In this document: one piece after another, positions 16,061 to 25,645 of the stretch | How the letters are laid out: each line of letters begins with the position of its first letter | Position numbering within the stretch: position 1 is the first letter of the stretch | Assembly (NCBI GenBank): GCA_002787355.1 | Contig: PCWN01000001.1 | Coordinates: 13,838 to 77,837 of the forward strand | Length of the DNA stretch: 64,000 bases | Direction of reading: 5' to 3' | Source of the DNA: Candidatus Magasanikbacteria bacterium CG11_big_fil_rev_8_21_14_0_20_39_34 | GTDB taxonomy: Bacteria; Patescibacteriota; Patescibacteriia; Magasanikbacterales; UBA922 | Notes under the pieces: generated by a model | Seen by the model: only the letters and a program-made list of their open reading frames with translations | Told to the model about the DNA's origin: nothing | Databases searched by the model: none | Program-made: the position numbers and the translations under genes

Positions 16061-17947
16061 TTATTTATAAATTTTTTCCACATCAGTACCAGTATAATAA
16101 TACTTCAGAAGGGTTATCCAATCCTCATGTTTTTCCTCTGCTCGGTATGCGGCATCTCTTTGGCTCATACCAACCCCATGACCAAACATCCCTTTTCTAT
16201 CTCTTTTATCATACACAGCAGGGACTGAAACCAACCAAGGTTTTTCCATCCCCCCCCACACCTCACGCCAGCTTCTGGTTCTTCCATCACTATTTCCATA
16301 ATATGGTGTAATCACGACATTGCCTTCATAGGTTACCAATTGTCCTCTCGTTTCTCGAGCGGCTAAGACATTATTGTTAGCCAGTAACTCACTGTTGTAG
16401 CCCAAATACAACTGATCTCCTGTGTGTGCTACGACATCAAAGTTTCTTCCACTATGTTTGTCTGTACTACTCATTGTATAGTATGCATAGGTTCTCGCTG
16501 CCGTAAGTAGTGCCTTTTGATATTCTATTGGTGAGTCATTTGATGCCTCAGCGATACCAGCGACATAATCCTCAAAAAGAAGTTCATTTATTACATAAAG
16601 TCCAGAGCGATCTTCTGTGTAACGATATTCTATGGACCCTCTATACTTGTTAAAATTCAATGCACCTCTCCATGCTACGGTACGCTCCCAATTTAATACT
16701 TCAAATACTGCATGTGGTTTAGTAAGTGGTTCCAGCTTTACATATTTAAGCGTCATGAACTGGAGATTGCCATCATTGTATTGAATAATGCCATTGTCTG
16801 CTTTCATCAATGCCAACTTCTCTCGTGGAAGTATTCCAACCAAAGTATCCCCATTATATACTTTGTAGTCATCCTCTTGACTGCGCACCTTTACCTCGCG
16901 AGTTTCTTCATCCTGTTTCCAAAGCCCAACACGAATATTGGGTTCTTCAAGAAGGACTCTTTGAGGAGCCTGTTCTTCCACTTTTTCGTATGGCTCATGA
17001 TAGGTTGAAGGAGCATCCTCAGTAACATGAATGTTTACAAAAATATCTGGAGCGACAATCTGTTTTTCTCCTTCAAAAAGTTGCACCCTCATCTGATAGT
17101 CTCCCATCTTTTTGGGGGCACGAAAATAAATAGTTTTGTTTTGCACTACCCCCACCTTAACTGGATCTTTTGCTTTCTCAACAGTATTTCTATCTTCCCA
17201 AGAAAAATCAGCAAAAGTAAGTTCATCACTCAAACCAAGCGGTGGTTTTGGTGTAGATGCCTTGAGCAAAAAGTTTTTCCATGATTCCTTTCCTTCATTC
17301 CTCAACAAGAGAACAACGCTCATTTGCTGCCCACCCTTTGCAGTATAATTTTTATAACTTTGAAAAAGTAATCCAGCAGAAGCCCCTTCAAGTTTTGTGG
17401 TACTCTCCGTTGATTTGGATGGAGCAGTTGAATTTTGAGGTGTACTTTCTACCTGAGATTTCTTCTCTACTACTTGAATTTTCAAAAAAAAGTAGCCTTT
17501 CCGTACCCAACTGTGTTCTTCACTTGCCAGATAAAAGTGTTCTACATAATCACCTGCGGTCTGGGGAGCCTGAAGTTGAATTTCCAATGTCCCTACTTTT
17601 CCGGGTGCAATGGTCCCCGGTATTTTGGCAGTTTGATTTTTACTTCTCCACTGTGATGACGCAAAAATAGAATCTCTATATTTTTCTTCTACCGTGTATG
17701 CCGAGATGTATTGAGTACTGTCTGAACGCCAAATAGCATTCCCTACATTTTTGAAATGAATAGTTATTGTTTTTTGACTTCCCGCCTCCATGATTATTGG
17801 ATCTTCCTCGGATTGATCAATAAATTGTGCCGCATATGCGGGATCATTAATTGGAAGATCGGGTTCTTTTGCAAAAAGAATTTTTGGAAATAGCAAAATA
17901 CCACTTATGAAAAAAGTATAAACAACAAGCTTAGAGAAAAAACGCAT
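16061..17947 (-). CDS. SpoIID/LytB-domain peptidoglycan hydrolase with two N-terminal Ig-like (NBR1-type) domains
   Basis: Signal peptide, VINELLFEDYVAGIAE, KALLTAARTYA, GHGVGMSQRDA, ITLLKYYYTG. Confidence 0.88.
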   Translation of the reverse strand: MRFFSKLVVYTFFISGILLFPKILFAKEPDLPINDPAYAAQFIDQSEEDPIIMEAGSQKTITIHFKNVGNAIWRSDSTQYISAYTVEEKYRDSIFASSQWRSKNQTAKIPGTIAPGKVGTLEIQLQAPQTAGDYVEHFYLASEEHSWVRKGYFFLKIQVVEKKSQVESTPQNSTAPSKSTESTTKLEGASAGLLFQSYKNYTAKGGQQMSVVLLLRNEGKESWKNFLLKASTPKPPLGLSDELTFADFSWEDRNTVEKAKDPVKVGVVQNKTIYFRAPKKMGDYQMRVQLFEGEKQIVAPDIFVNIHVTEDAPSTYHEPYEKVEEQAPQRVLLEEPNIRVGLWKQDEETREVKVRSQEDDYKVYNGDTLVGILPREKLALMKADNGIIQYNDGNLQFMTLKYVKLEPLTKPHAVFEVLNWERTVAWRGALNFNKYRGSIEYRYTEDRSGLYVINELLFEDYVAGIAEASNDSPIEYQKALLTAARTYAYYTMSSTDKHSGRNFDVVAHTGDQLYLGYNSELLANNNVLAARETRGQLVTYEGNVVITPYYGNSDGRTRSWREVWGGMEKPWLVSVPAVYDKRDRKGMFGHGVGMSQRDAAYRAEEKHEDWITLLKYYYTGTDVEKIYK

Positions 17948-18090
17948 AGATACAATTTCATTAAAAACAGTACCTCTATTATATACAAAAATGACTGATT
18001 AAACAATCACCAAACATAAGAATGGAAGAATCAATTTTTCTATGATATGCTATGGTTACATTTGTATTTTTGTATATAGATCCCTCTCTT

Positions 18091-19515
18091 ATGTCCACTA
18101 CACGAAAAATTGCCCACAATACTCTTATACAAATTATTGGTAAGGCTATTTCAACGGTTTTGGGACTTATTGTCCTTGCCATGATGACACGCTACCTTGG
18201 TCAGGAAAAGTTTGGTTGGTACATCACCACCATTGCGTTTCTTCAATTTGTAGCCATTCTTATTGACTTTGGATTAGTTCCGGTTACCGCTCAAATGATG
18301 AGCTCAACTGTGTTTGAAAAAAAGAAACTCTTTCAAAATCTTCTTGCTTATCGTTTTTTTTCCGCTCTTTTATTTTTAGGCGTTGCACCACTTGTAGCGC
18401 TTTTCTTTCCATATCCAACTGAGGTAAAAATTGCAATTGCTTTTTCTACCATTTCTTTTCTTTCTGTGGCACTCAATCAGGTTCTTATTGGTTTTTACCA
18501 AACTCAGTTAAAAATGTATATACCAACCGTAGGAGAACTCCTCGGGCGAATATTCCTCCTCATTGGGGTATATTTCTTTATCCAAACAGAGGGTGGATTT
18601 TTACCTATCATGGGTGTAGTAGCTGCCTCAAGTGTTGTCTATACCCTTTTTATTTGGGTCAAAGCACGCACAATGACTTCTGTCGGGTTCTCTTTTGACC
18701 TCCAAATTTGGAAAGCTATCACAGCAAAAATGTGGCCGATTGCTATTTCTATTATTTTTAATGTTGTTTACCTCAAGGGAGACGTACTCATTCTTGCACA
18801 GTTCAGAGAACAAACAGAAGTTGGTCTCTATGGTGCCGCATACCGAGTTCTTGATGTGGTCACCCAAACCGCTATGATGCTTATGGGAGTCATGCTCCCA
18901 TTGTTGGCTTATGCATACTCCCAAGATAATCGAGAAAATTTTAAAAAACATTTTCAAATGGCATTTGACTCCATGATGCTTTTAGCATTTCCCATGATGA
19001 TCGGAATAATGGTTCTTGCAGATAAAATAATGCTTCTGGTGGCCGGAGAGGCGTTTCTTCAATCTGGAATTATTTTGCGTATTTTGTCGATTGCCGTTTT
19101 TGGTGTCTATCTTGGTGCTGTCTTTGGACATACTGCCGTTTCCATAGAAAAACAAAAACAGACCATTTGGGTCTATATATCAAGTGCTCTTATTACCCTT
19201 TTGGGATACCTGTTCCTTATCCCCCCCTTTGGGATGTATGCAGCGGCATGGATGACGGTCTTTTCTGAAATATATGTTGGTTTTTTTCTATATCTTACCG
19301 TAAGACATTATTCCAAAGTACACCTAGAAGGAATTACCTTTGCCAAAATTGTTTTCTCCTCTCTTGTCATGGGCGCAACACTCTTTCTTTTCCAACACCT
19401 CAACATTTTTTTTCTCATTCCTCTTGGAGTTATAATATACGGTTTTTTTGCCCTGAGTCTTGGTGTCGTCTCAAAGGATACCCTCAAAGAGGTATTTAGG
19501 ATCAATGTTCTTTAG
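18091..19515 (+). CDS. Wzx/PST-family flippase
   Basis: About 14 TM segments, RYLGQEKFG..IDFGL, EVGLYGAAYR. Confidence 0.9.
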   Translation: MSTTRKIAHNTLIQIIGKAISTVLGLIVLAMMTRYLGQEKFGWYITTIAFLQFVAILIDFGLVPVTAQMMSSTVFEKKKLFQNLLAYRFFSALLFLGVAPLVALFFPYPTEVKIAIAFSTISFLSVALNQVLIGFYQTQLKMYIPTVGELLGRIFLLIGVYFFIQTEGGFLPIMGVVAASSVVYTLFIWVKARTMTSVGFSFDLQIWKAITAKMWPIAISIIFNVVYLKGDVLILAQFREQTEVGLYGAAYRVLDVVTQTAMMLMGVMLPLLAYAYSQDNRENFKKHFQMAFDSMMLLAFPMMIGIMVLADKIMLLVAGEAFLQSGIILRILSIAVFGVYLGAVFGHTAVSIEKQKQTIWVYISSALITLLGYLFLIPPFGMYAAAWMTVFSEIYVGFFLYLTVRHYSKVHLEGITFAKIVFSSLVMGATLFLFQHLNIFFLIPLGVIIYGFFALSLGVVSKDTLKEVFRINVL

Positions 19516-19941
19516 TCATTCCATTTCCACACGAAGAATTGTGGGGCGCTGATGAAGCGTACGGCAAGCAAGAAGACGAGAATTCCCTGCAATAAGGTAA
19601 GGTGGCATTCCTTTCCGAAATAAGACCATTGGAGCGGGGATGTCGTGTCCTTCGGCAAAGCCCCTTTCTATTCTTGAAAAATCACGAGTTCCTGCAAGAT
19701 GTTCGCGTGCTTCCTCTAACTTCCAACTTGTGTCCCGAGAACAACAGTTATCCATGTTCTCCCAATCAGCGTCAGAAAGTAGTTCCAATCTTCCATTTTT
19801 ACAGGCCAAGAACAGAGCTTCTTCCTCTATTCCTAACTCTTCCGAGGTTCTGATGATTTCTCCTTTCTCCGCCTCTATCCGAGGTACTATCCAACGCACT
19901 TCCCCCTTTGGGGCAATGTCTTTTGATTTGCGAGTTTCCAT
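19516..19941 (-). CDS. Small ParB/Srx-like N-terminal-domain protein
   Basis: IPAPMVLF...YLIAGNSRLLAC resembles the ParB_N 'P.V...lidGhhRl.A' motif. Confidence 0.55.
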   Translation of the reverse strand: METRKSKDIAPKGEVRWIVPRIEAEKGEIIRTSEELGIEEEALFLACKNGRLELLSDADWENMDNCCSRDTSWKLEEAREHLAGTRDFSRIERGFAEGHDIPAPMVLFRKGMPPYLIAGNSRLLACRTLHQRPTILRVEME

Positions 19942-20042
19942 AAAAAAATTTAATTTCATATTCTTCTATTATAAGGAAATCAAAAAACTTTGCAAAGAAA
20001 AAGCAAATAGTATAGGATAATGAGAGAATCCTCAACTACGCT

Positions 20043-21425
20043 ATGGAAATACTTCTTATTACCTATGTCACTCTTTTTGCTTTGATTTGCTGGTATCGTC
20101 TAGAATACGGATTTTTTTTGTTTTTTCTTCTTCTCCCTACCTACCTTATTCGATTCCATTTGGGATTTCTTCCCATGACCCTCCTTGAGACAAAACTCTT
20201 CGTTCTCTCCCTCTTTGTTCTGCTCCAATGGAAAAAAATACATCCACAAAAAACCATAGTAATTCTTTGGAAAAGTCATAAAAATTTTGTAATTGCTACC
20301 GCTCTTTTTATCCTCTCTGCATCTCTTTCTCTTTTTCACAATGAACATCTCCGTTCTGCTGCAGGAGAATGGAAGGCATTTTACCTTGAGCCTATACTGT
20401 TTTCCTTCATATTCATATCCTATTTTTTCTCTTTAGAAAATAAAAAGTTACGTCTCATACAAAATGTTCTTATCCCCCTTATTCTTTCTGGTTTCGTCAC
20501 CACCCTACTTTGCATATATCAACATTTTACTGGTTGGATGGTTCCCTGGGACTTCTGGGAAAACCGAGCCACTTTTCGTGTTACGGGATGGTATGGCTTC
20601 CCAAATGCGGTTGGTCTCTATCTAGCCCCTCTCTATCCTCTTGGAATCTATATTTTTTATGAAGCATTCCAAATGTGGAAAAAACAAAATAAAATTTCCT
20701 TTACGTTCATTCTTTCTTTTCTTTTTTTACTCCTTTCTCCATTTGCGCTTTTTTTTGCAAAGGGTTCTGGACCCATTATTGGTGTACTTGCGGGTATTGT
20801 TTTTCTCCTCCTCAGTTTTCAACGGACTCGTATATACACCGTCTTGTTGGGGGGACTTTGCATTCTAGGATTTATTATCCTTCCGTCTACCAATGTCCTA
20901 AAACAAGAGATCCTTATGCAAAACAGATCCGGACAGATTCGCTTTCAGATGTGGGGAGAAACCATAGAATATCTCCTGCATCATCCCATTGCCGGTACAG
21001 GGCTTGCTTCTTATCAAACAAAACTCTGGCCCTACCGTTATGACAAATGGATAGAAATTTTTCACCACCCCCATAATATATTTTTAACCATGTGGGTAAA
21101 TTTAGGATTTTTGGGACTATTTACTTTTTTATGGATTCTGGTAGACTTTTTCTTCAGGGGAATATGTATGCTAAAAAACAGAAATACTTCTCAAGTATTT
21201 CTTCTCTCTATTTTTTCTACCTTAATAGTATTTCTTGTGTGCGGACTAGTAGACTCCCCTTATATAAAAAATGATTTATCGATACTTTTTTGGACCCTCC
21301 TTGCACTTCCTATTATCCTGACTCAGGATTCTCTCTATGCAAAAAAATGTTCTCCTCGTGGGTTGGAAGATAAAAAATCCAATCACACCAAGCGGGACGC
21401 CAAAAACACATCTCAAACAATATAA
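20043..21425 (+). CDS. O-antigen ligase/polymerase (Wzy_C) family membrane protein
   Basis: RVTGWYGFPNAVG, RFQMW...HPIAGTGL, HPHNIFLTMWVNLGFLG. Confidence 0.88.
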   Translation: MEILLITYVTLFALICWYRLEYGFFLFFLLLPTYLIRFHLGFLPMTLLETKLFVLSLFVLLQWKKIHPQKTIVILWKSHKNFVIATALFILSASLSLFHNEHLRSAAGEWKAFYLEPILFSFIFISYFFSLENKKLRLIQNVLIPLILSGFVTTLLCIYQHFTGWMVPWDFWENRATFRVTGWYGFPNAVGLYLAPLYPLGIYIFYEAFQMWKKQNKISFTFILSFLFLLLSPFALFFAKGSGPIIGVLAGIVFLLLSFQRTRIYTVLLGGLCILGFIILPSTNVLKQEILMQNRSGQIRFQMWGETIEYLLHHPIAGTGLASYQTKLWPYRYDKWIEIFHHPHNIFLTMWVNLGFLGLFTFLWILVDFFFRGICMLKNRNTSQVFLLSIFSTLIVFLVCGLVDSPYIKNDLSILFWTLLALPIILTQDSLYAKKCSPRGLEDKKSNHTKRDAKNTSQTI

Positions 21426-22563
21426 AAATGGAATTACTCTCCATAAATTAGCTTTTCCTCATAATACTCGGACCAATACCTTTTCTTTTAATATCCTTGA
21501 ATACGTTGACTTTGCAAGTACTTACATAGAAAAAAATTCTATTGATGGTATTATCTTCACCAGTGATTTGGGTTCTCTTATTGGGGCTATTTTATGTGAA
21601 AAATATAATTTTGTTGGGCCAAGTATTTTATCTGTTTTTTATGCCTACCATAAATACTTTACTCGTGTTCAAACTCATTCTACCATCCCCTACCAACTTT
21701 TTGATATTACCAAGAGTATCCCAGACAATTTAACCTTCCCCTGTTATATCAAAGCCCCCTGTTCTGCATTTGGTGTCCTTGGCTTTACGCTTAAAAACAG
21801 AAAGTCATTGGAGTGCATTCTTCCATTAGTCAAAAAAGAACTTCCCAAAATGAATGCCCCTCTTAAACAACTGTCACAAAAATATTTTCCCAAATCCATC
21901 ATAAATTTCCTGAAAAAAGACACCATGCTCATTGAAGGGTACCGGAATTCAAAACAAATCACCATCGAAGGTTTTGTGCATAATGGAAATATATATCCAC
22001 TATTTATTACTGATACAAATTTTTTGGGAAATACTCGCTGTATTGATAATTTTTCTTTGCCCAGTTCTGTCACCCCCAAACAAGAACACCTTATAAAAGA
22101 ACAAACTCAAAAGGATATATCTGCAATTGGACTCAATAATACCTTCTTCAATGTAGAATACTGGATCACAGATACAGACTGTGAACTTATAGAAATAAAT
22201 GCACGTACGGCTCACTGTTTTAAACGCCTTTACAAAAAAGTACATAACTTTGATGTAATGGATGAACTCATACACCTCAGTCTTGGTATAAAACCGAATA
22301 TTCCAAATATGAAACCAACGTGCCACGCCCTTCAAGGAAATATTATTATACAAAAAAATGGAAATTCCTCAGACCTTTTTGATTACACACAAAAATCACC
22401 AAGCAATGTACGTTTTTTTATATTACCAGATTCCCCCATTCGCTCTCTGAGTGAATTCAAAAGTATTCTTGGACAGTTTGAATTATTTGGAAAGGATTAT
22501 GAGAGCATTAAAAAAATTGCAGATGAATACCGAAACCGCTCCATAAAAAAAGAAACCCGTTAA
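21337..22563 (+). CDS. ATP-grasp domain protein
   Basis: FPCYIKAP, MLIEGY, FFNVEYW...LIEINAR. Confidence 0.8.
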   Translation: MQKNVLLVGWKIKNPITPSGTPKTHLKQYKNGITLHKLAFPHNTRTNTFSFNILEYVDFASTYIEKNSIDGIIFTSDLGSLIGAILCEKYNFVGPSILSVFYAYHKYFTRVQTHSTIPYQLFDITKSIPDNLTFPCYIKAPCSAFGVLGFTLKNRKSLECILPLVKKELPKMNAPLKQLSQKYFPKSIINFLKKDTMLIEGYRNSKQITIEGFVHNGNIYPLFITDTNFLGNTRCIDNFSLPSSVTPKQEHLIKEQTQKDISAIGLNNTFFNVEYWITDTDCELIEINARTAHCFKRLYKKVHNFDVMDELIHLSLGIKPNIPNMKPTCHALQGNIIIQKNGNSSDLFDYTQKSPSNVRFFILPDSPIRSLSEFKSILGQFELFGKDYESIKKIADEYRNRSIKKETR

Positions 22564-22601
22564 GGGTTTTTTGAGGCAGTGATGGGAAAACCGCCTCGCG
22601 A

Positions 22602-23192
22602 CTAGAGGAGAGCAAGCTGCACAAGCCTGTCATAGAGGGTCGAAAGCGATTCCGTAACCCAGATTCGCTGTTCAAAATCGTACCAGGAGTAGTCCGGAAG
22701 ACTCAGCAAGTCTGCCCGTTCTCCCAGACCTCGTAAATTCTCACGAAGTTCGGGAAGGACAACAATGCCTATCCTTCCAAGATACTCTATGGTTTTGAGC
22801 AGGTTGAAAAATCCAATCCCAGTTTGGTCGTTCCTGTCTGCAAGGTAGCAGATACCTAGACAGGCACCCAACCAGTCGGTCAATCGACCGACATACTCGA
22901 GCCCTTTTTTAGGCTCAGAGTCTTCAGGGAGGGTATCGAGAACCGCTTCCAAGAAGTACTGGAATGGTTCACGAGAAGGAAGTACTTGATCAACCAGTTC
23001 GGGATCCGGGAAGAGGATTCCTTCCGGATGAAACCAAGAGAGAACGAGGAGAAGATCATTCATGGTTGGTTGCTCTATGTACAACCAAGTACGAAGCGTG
23101 TCCGCACGAAGCTGCCGAAGAGCTCGAACCGACCTTTCCCAGGCCTCAGGGTTTCGTAGAACTGCGGCTAAAGAGCCGGTGCGCTGAGTCAT
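22602..23192 (-). CDS. GC-rich ORFan 2, ~196 aa helical hypothetical protein
   Basis: Promoter TTGACG-N17-TATAAA, GGGGG before the ATG, ~60% GC in a sampled line, 3' hairpin GAGGCGGT-tttcccatc-ACTGCCTC. Confidence 0.65.
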   Translation of the reverse strand: MTQRTGSLAAVLRNPEAWERSVRALRQLRADTLRTWLYIEQPTMNDLLLVLSWFHPEGILFPDPELVDQVLPSREPFQYFLEAVLDTLPEDSEPKKGLEYVGRLTDWLGACLGICYLADRNDQTGIGFFNLLKTIEYLGRIGIVVLPELRENLRGLGERADLLSLPDYSWYDFEQRIWVTESLSTLYDRLVQLALL

Positions 23193-23298
23193 AGCGGCCC
23201 CCAATCGAAGTTTTTCCCTTCTTCATTTATATCATCCAAAGAAAGAAACGTCAAAATTTGAAAAAATAAAAAGATTCACTTTCGTGAATCTTTTTTAA

Positions 23299-24582
23299 TT
23301 ATTTTTTTTGTAAAATGGCTATCGCCTCCACATGAGGAGTACGTGGGAAAAAGTTATATAGTTTTAATGACGTTACACTATATATTGACTGCAAAAGCGC
23401 AATATCACGTGCGTGCGTGGATAAATTACACGACATATAGATAATCGTTTCCGGTTGTTCCTCCAAAAGTTTTGCAATCACATCGACATGAAGACCCGCA
23501 CGAGGTGGGTCAAAAATAATTTGTTTTCTTTTCTCTATCAGTTCTGTTATTTTTTCTGCTGGAATACATTCCGCCTCAATATTTTGAAGTTTATTTGAAA
23601 GAATATTCTCTTGTGCATATTCAATTGCTTCTGTATTGTTATCCACCAGATATGCGCTTGTATAGTGCCCCGACAAAGCAAGTCCAATGGCACCAACACC
23701 ACTATAAAAATCTATAAGTGGTTTTGTCTCATCCAAATACGTTTCCATCTCAGAAAGAGCAAGAGAAAAAATAGGAATATTTACCTGAAAAAAGCTGAGT
23801 AACCCAAATTTCAACCCAACCCCATTGAGTGTAGTTACCAAATAGTCCTGCCCCGAGGTATAAAGAAGTTTTGTGGGAACAGATGCCGGACTTTTATGAG
23901 TTGAATAATACAGTTGAAAGCCTAAGAAATTTTTATCGAGTTCAGGATAGTCCTCAAAAGACAGGATATCCTTTATAAAAAGTGCTGCAATGGCATGACC
24001 TTCTCCATCAGAACGTATTATGAGACTCTTCAAATTGTACGTGGTCATTCCCGTTGTATGCACCCACTGTAAAATATTTTGTGCTATGGTATTTATTATA
24101 GGTTCTGCCAAAAGCGATCCTTCCACGGCTATCTTTTTATTTCTTCCTCTTTCAAAAAAAGCTAATTGAATCTTTCCTTCTTCATCTTCTACAAAACTAA
24201 ATTCCATTTTATTGCGATACCCAAATTCTTCTTCATTATAAATAATAGGAAGTGGTGATTCAAAATGAAGTCCACCGGTTCTTTCATATATTTCTTGTGC
24301 CAACTGTTGTTTGTACGCATTTTCAGACTCAAATGTACAAATTTGCCAGGGACTGGTAGAGAGAAATACTGATTCCTTCTCTTTTATTCTGTCGGGAGAT
24401 GCTTCCAAAATATGTATTGCCACTCCTTCCCAATAATCCTTTTTCTTTTTTAAAATTTCCACCTCAACGCGTTCTCCAGGAAGCGCATTCCACACAAAAA
24501 GTACCGGCCCGTTTTCTATACGAGCCAACCCCTGTCCTCCAAAAACAAATTTTTCAATGGTAACCGTTACTTTTCCTTGCAT
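23299..24582 (-). CDS. TRAM-domain RNA m5U methyltransferase (RlmD/TrmA family)
   Basis: TRAM N-terminus (GGQGLA..ALPGERV), YRNK, FFQVN, DFYSGVG, DPPRAG, YMSCN, FPRTPHVE. Confidence 0.92.
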   Translation of the reverse strand: MQGKVTVTIEKFVFGGQGLARIENGPVLFVWNALPGERVEVEILKKKKDYWEGVAIHILEASPDRIKEKESVFLSTSPWQICTFESENAYKQQLAQEIYERTGGLHFESPLPIIYNEEEFGYRNKMEFSFVEDEEGKIQLAFFERGRNKKIAVEGSLLAEPIINTIAQNILQWVHTTGMTTYNLKSLIIRSDGEGHAIAALFIKDILSFEDYPELDKNFLGFQLYYSTHKSPASVPTKLLYTSGQDYLVTTLNGVGLKFGLLSFFQVNIPIFSLALSEMETYLDETKPLIDFYSGVGAIGLALSGHYTSAYLVDNNTEAIEYAQENILSNKLQNIEAECIPAEKITELIEKRKQIIFDPPRAGLHVDVIAKLLEEQPETIIYMSCNLSTHARDIALLQSIYSVTSLKLYNFFPRTPHVEAIAILQKK

Positions 24583-24650
24583 ATACGCACATACTAACAT
24601 AAAAATTCAACTCACCAAAGGGATTTTTTTGTAGCGCCGGTGGGAGAGCG

Positions 24651-24890
24651 CTACGGGATGGGGTTGGGGAGGGTGATGCCGAGCTGCCGAAGCAGATCTT
24701 CGAGGAGGTTCATGATGCCGCGGCCGTAACCGCGCCATCCGGAGAGCAGATCCAGGACCGCCCGGATCTGCTCCCCCCGCTCAGGGAAGAGCTGGAGTGT
24801 CTGCTGGTCCAGCTCCTTCCCATCGCGCGAGAGATCCACGAACACGAAGTCTCCTGGGTTCCCCCGGGAGACATTCACAAAAAAGGCCAT
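24651..24890 (-). CDS. GC-rich ORFan 3, 79 aa hypothetical protein
   Basis: TTGACA-N17-TAGGTT promoter, GGGGGTGG before the ATG, 62-73% GC in two sampled lines, 3' hairpin GTAGCGC-tctcccaccg-GCGCTAC. Confidence 0.65.
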   Translation of the reverse strand: MAFFVNVSRGNPGDFVFVDLSRDGKELDQQTLQLFPERGEQIRAVLDLLSGWRGYGRGIMNLLEDLLRQLGITLPNPIP

Positions 24891-24996
24891 GCTGCCACCC
24901 CCGTCTGGTTGGTGATTGTAACCTAAGCTATATTTTACCTTTTGTCAAGGAGAAAAACAAAAAAACACCGTCCAAACAGTGTTTTTTTGAAAAAAG

Positions 24997-25644
24997 TTAT
25001 TTTGTAAAATTTTTCTGAAGCAGGGCCTGTGAAATTGGATCCTCAAGGCTCTTTTTTTTGTGGGCCGGACTATATTCACGGCCATAGGCAATCATCCGGT
25101 TGGTAAAAAGAAACCATTCTTTTTTGGGAAGAATGTGCATTAAATCTTTTTCAATTTTTTCTCTATCTTTGTGATCGCTTAAAGAAAATTTTTCACTCAA
25201 CCGCGCAACATGCGTATCCACGGCAATCCCCTCCACCACGCCATAGATGTTACCAAGTACAACATTGGCAGTCTTTCTCCCCACCCCCGGTAAAAGAATC
25301 ATCTTTTCCATGGTATTTGGTATTTTTCCGTGAAACTGTTCTTGTATCATTTTTGCACATGCAAGAATATTTTTTGCTTTGCTTTTATACAGACCAATTT
25401 GGTTTATATCTTTCTCAAAGTTTTCTAACTTTGCATTCACATAGTCTTCTCTTTTTTTGTATTTTTGAAAAAGCTTCTCTGTTACCTCGTTTACCTTTTT
25501 ATCAGTACACTGAGCAGAAAGAATAACAGCCACAAGAAATTCAAAATCATTGTTTGAATGTAAAAAAGGTTGTAGTGTTGGATACAACCTTTTTAATTCT
25601 TTCAAAACCACTCGCGCACGTTTCTTTCTTAATTCCAAATTCAT
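24997..25644 (-). CDS. nth: Endonuclease III (lacks the Fe-S cysteine cluster)
   Basis: LVAVILSAQCTDKKVN, HhH LPGVGRKTANVV, IAVDTHV. Confidence 0.93.
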   Translation of the reverse strand: MNLELRKKRARVVLKELKRLYPTLQPFLHSNNDFEFLVAVILSAQCTDKKVNEVTEKLFQKYKKREDYVNAKLENFEKDINQIGLYKSKAKNILACAKMIQEQFHGKIPNTMEKMILLPGVGRKTANVVLGNIYGVVEGIAVDTHVARLSEKFSLSDHKDREKIEKDLMHILPKKEWFLFTNRMIAYGREYSPAHKKKSLEDPISQALLQKNFTK

Positions 25645-25645
25645 T

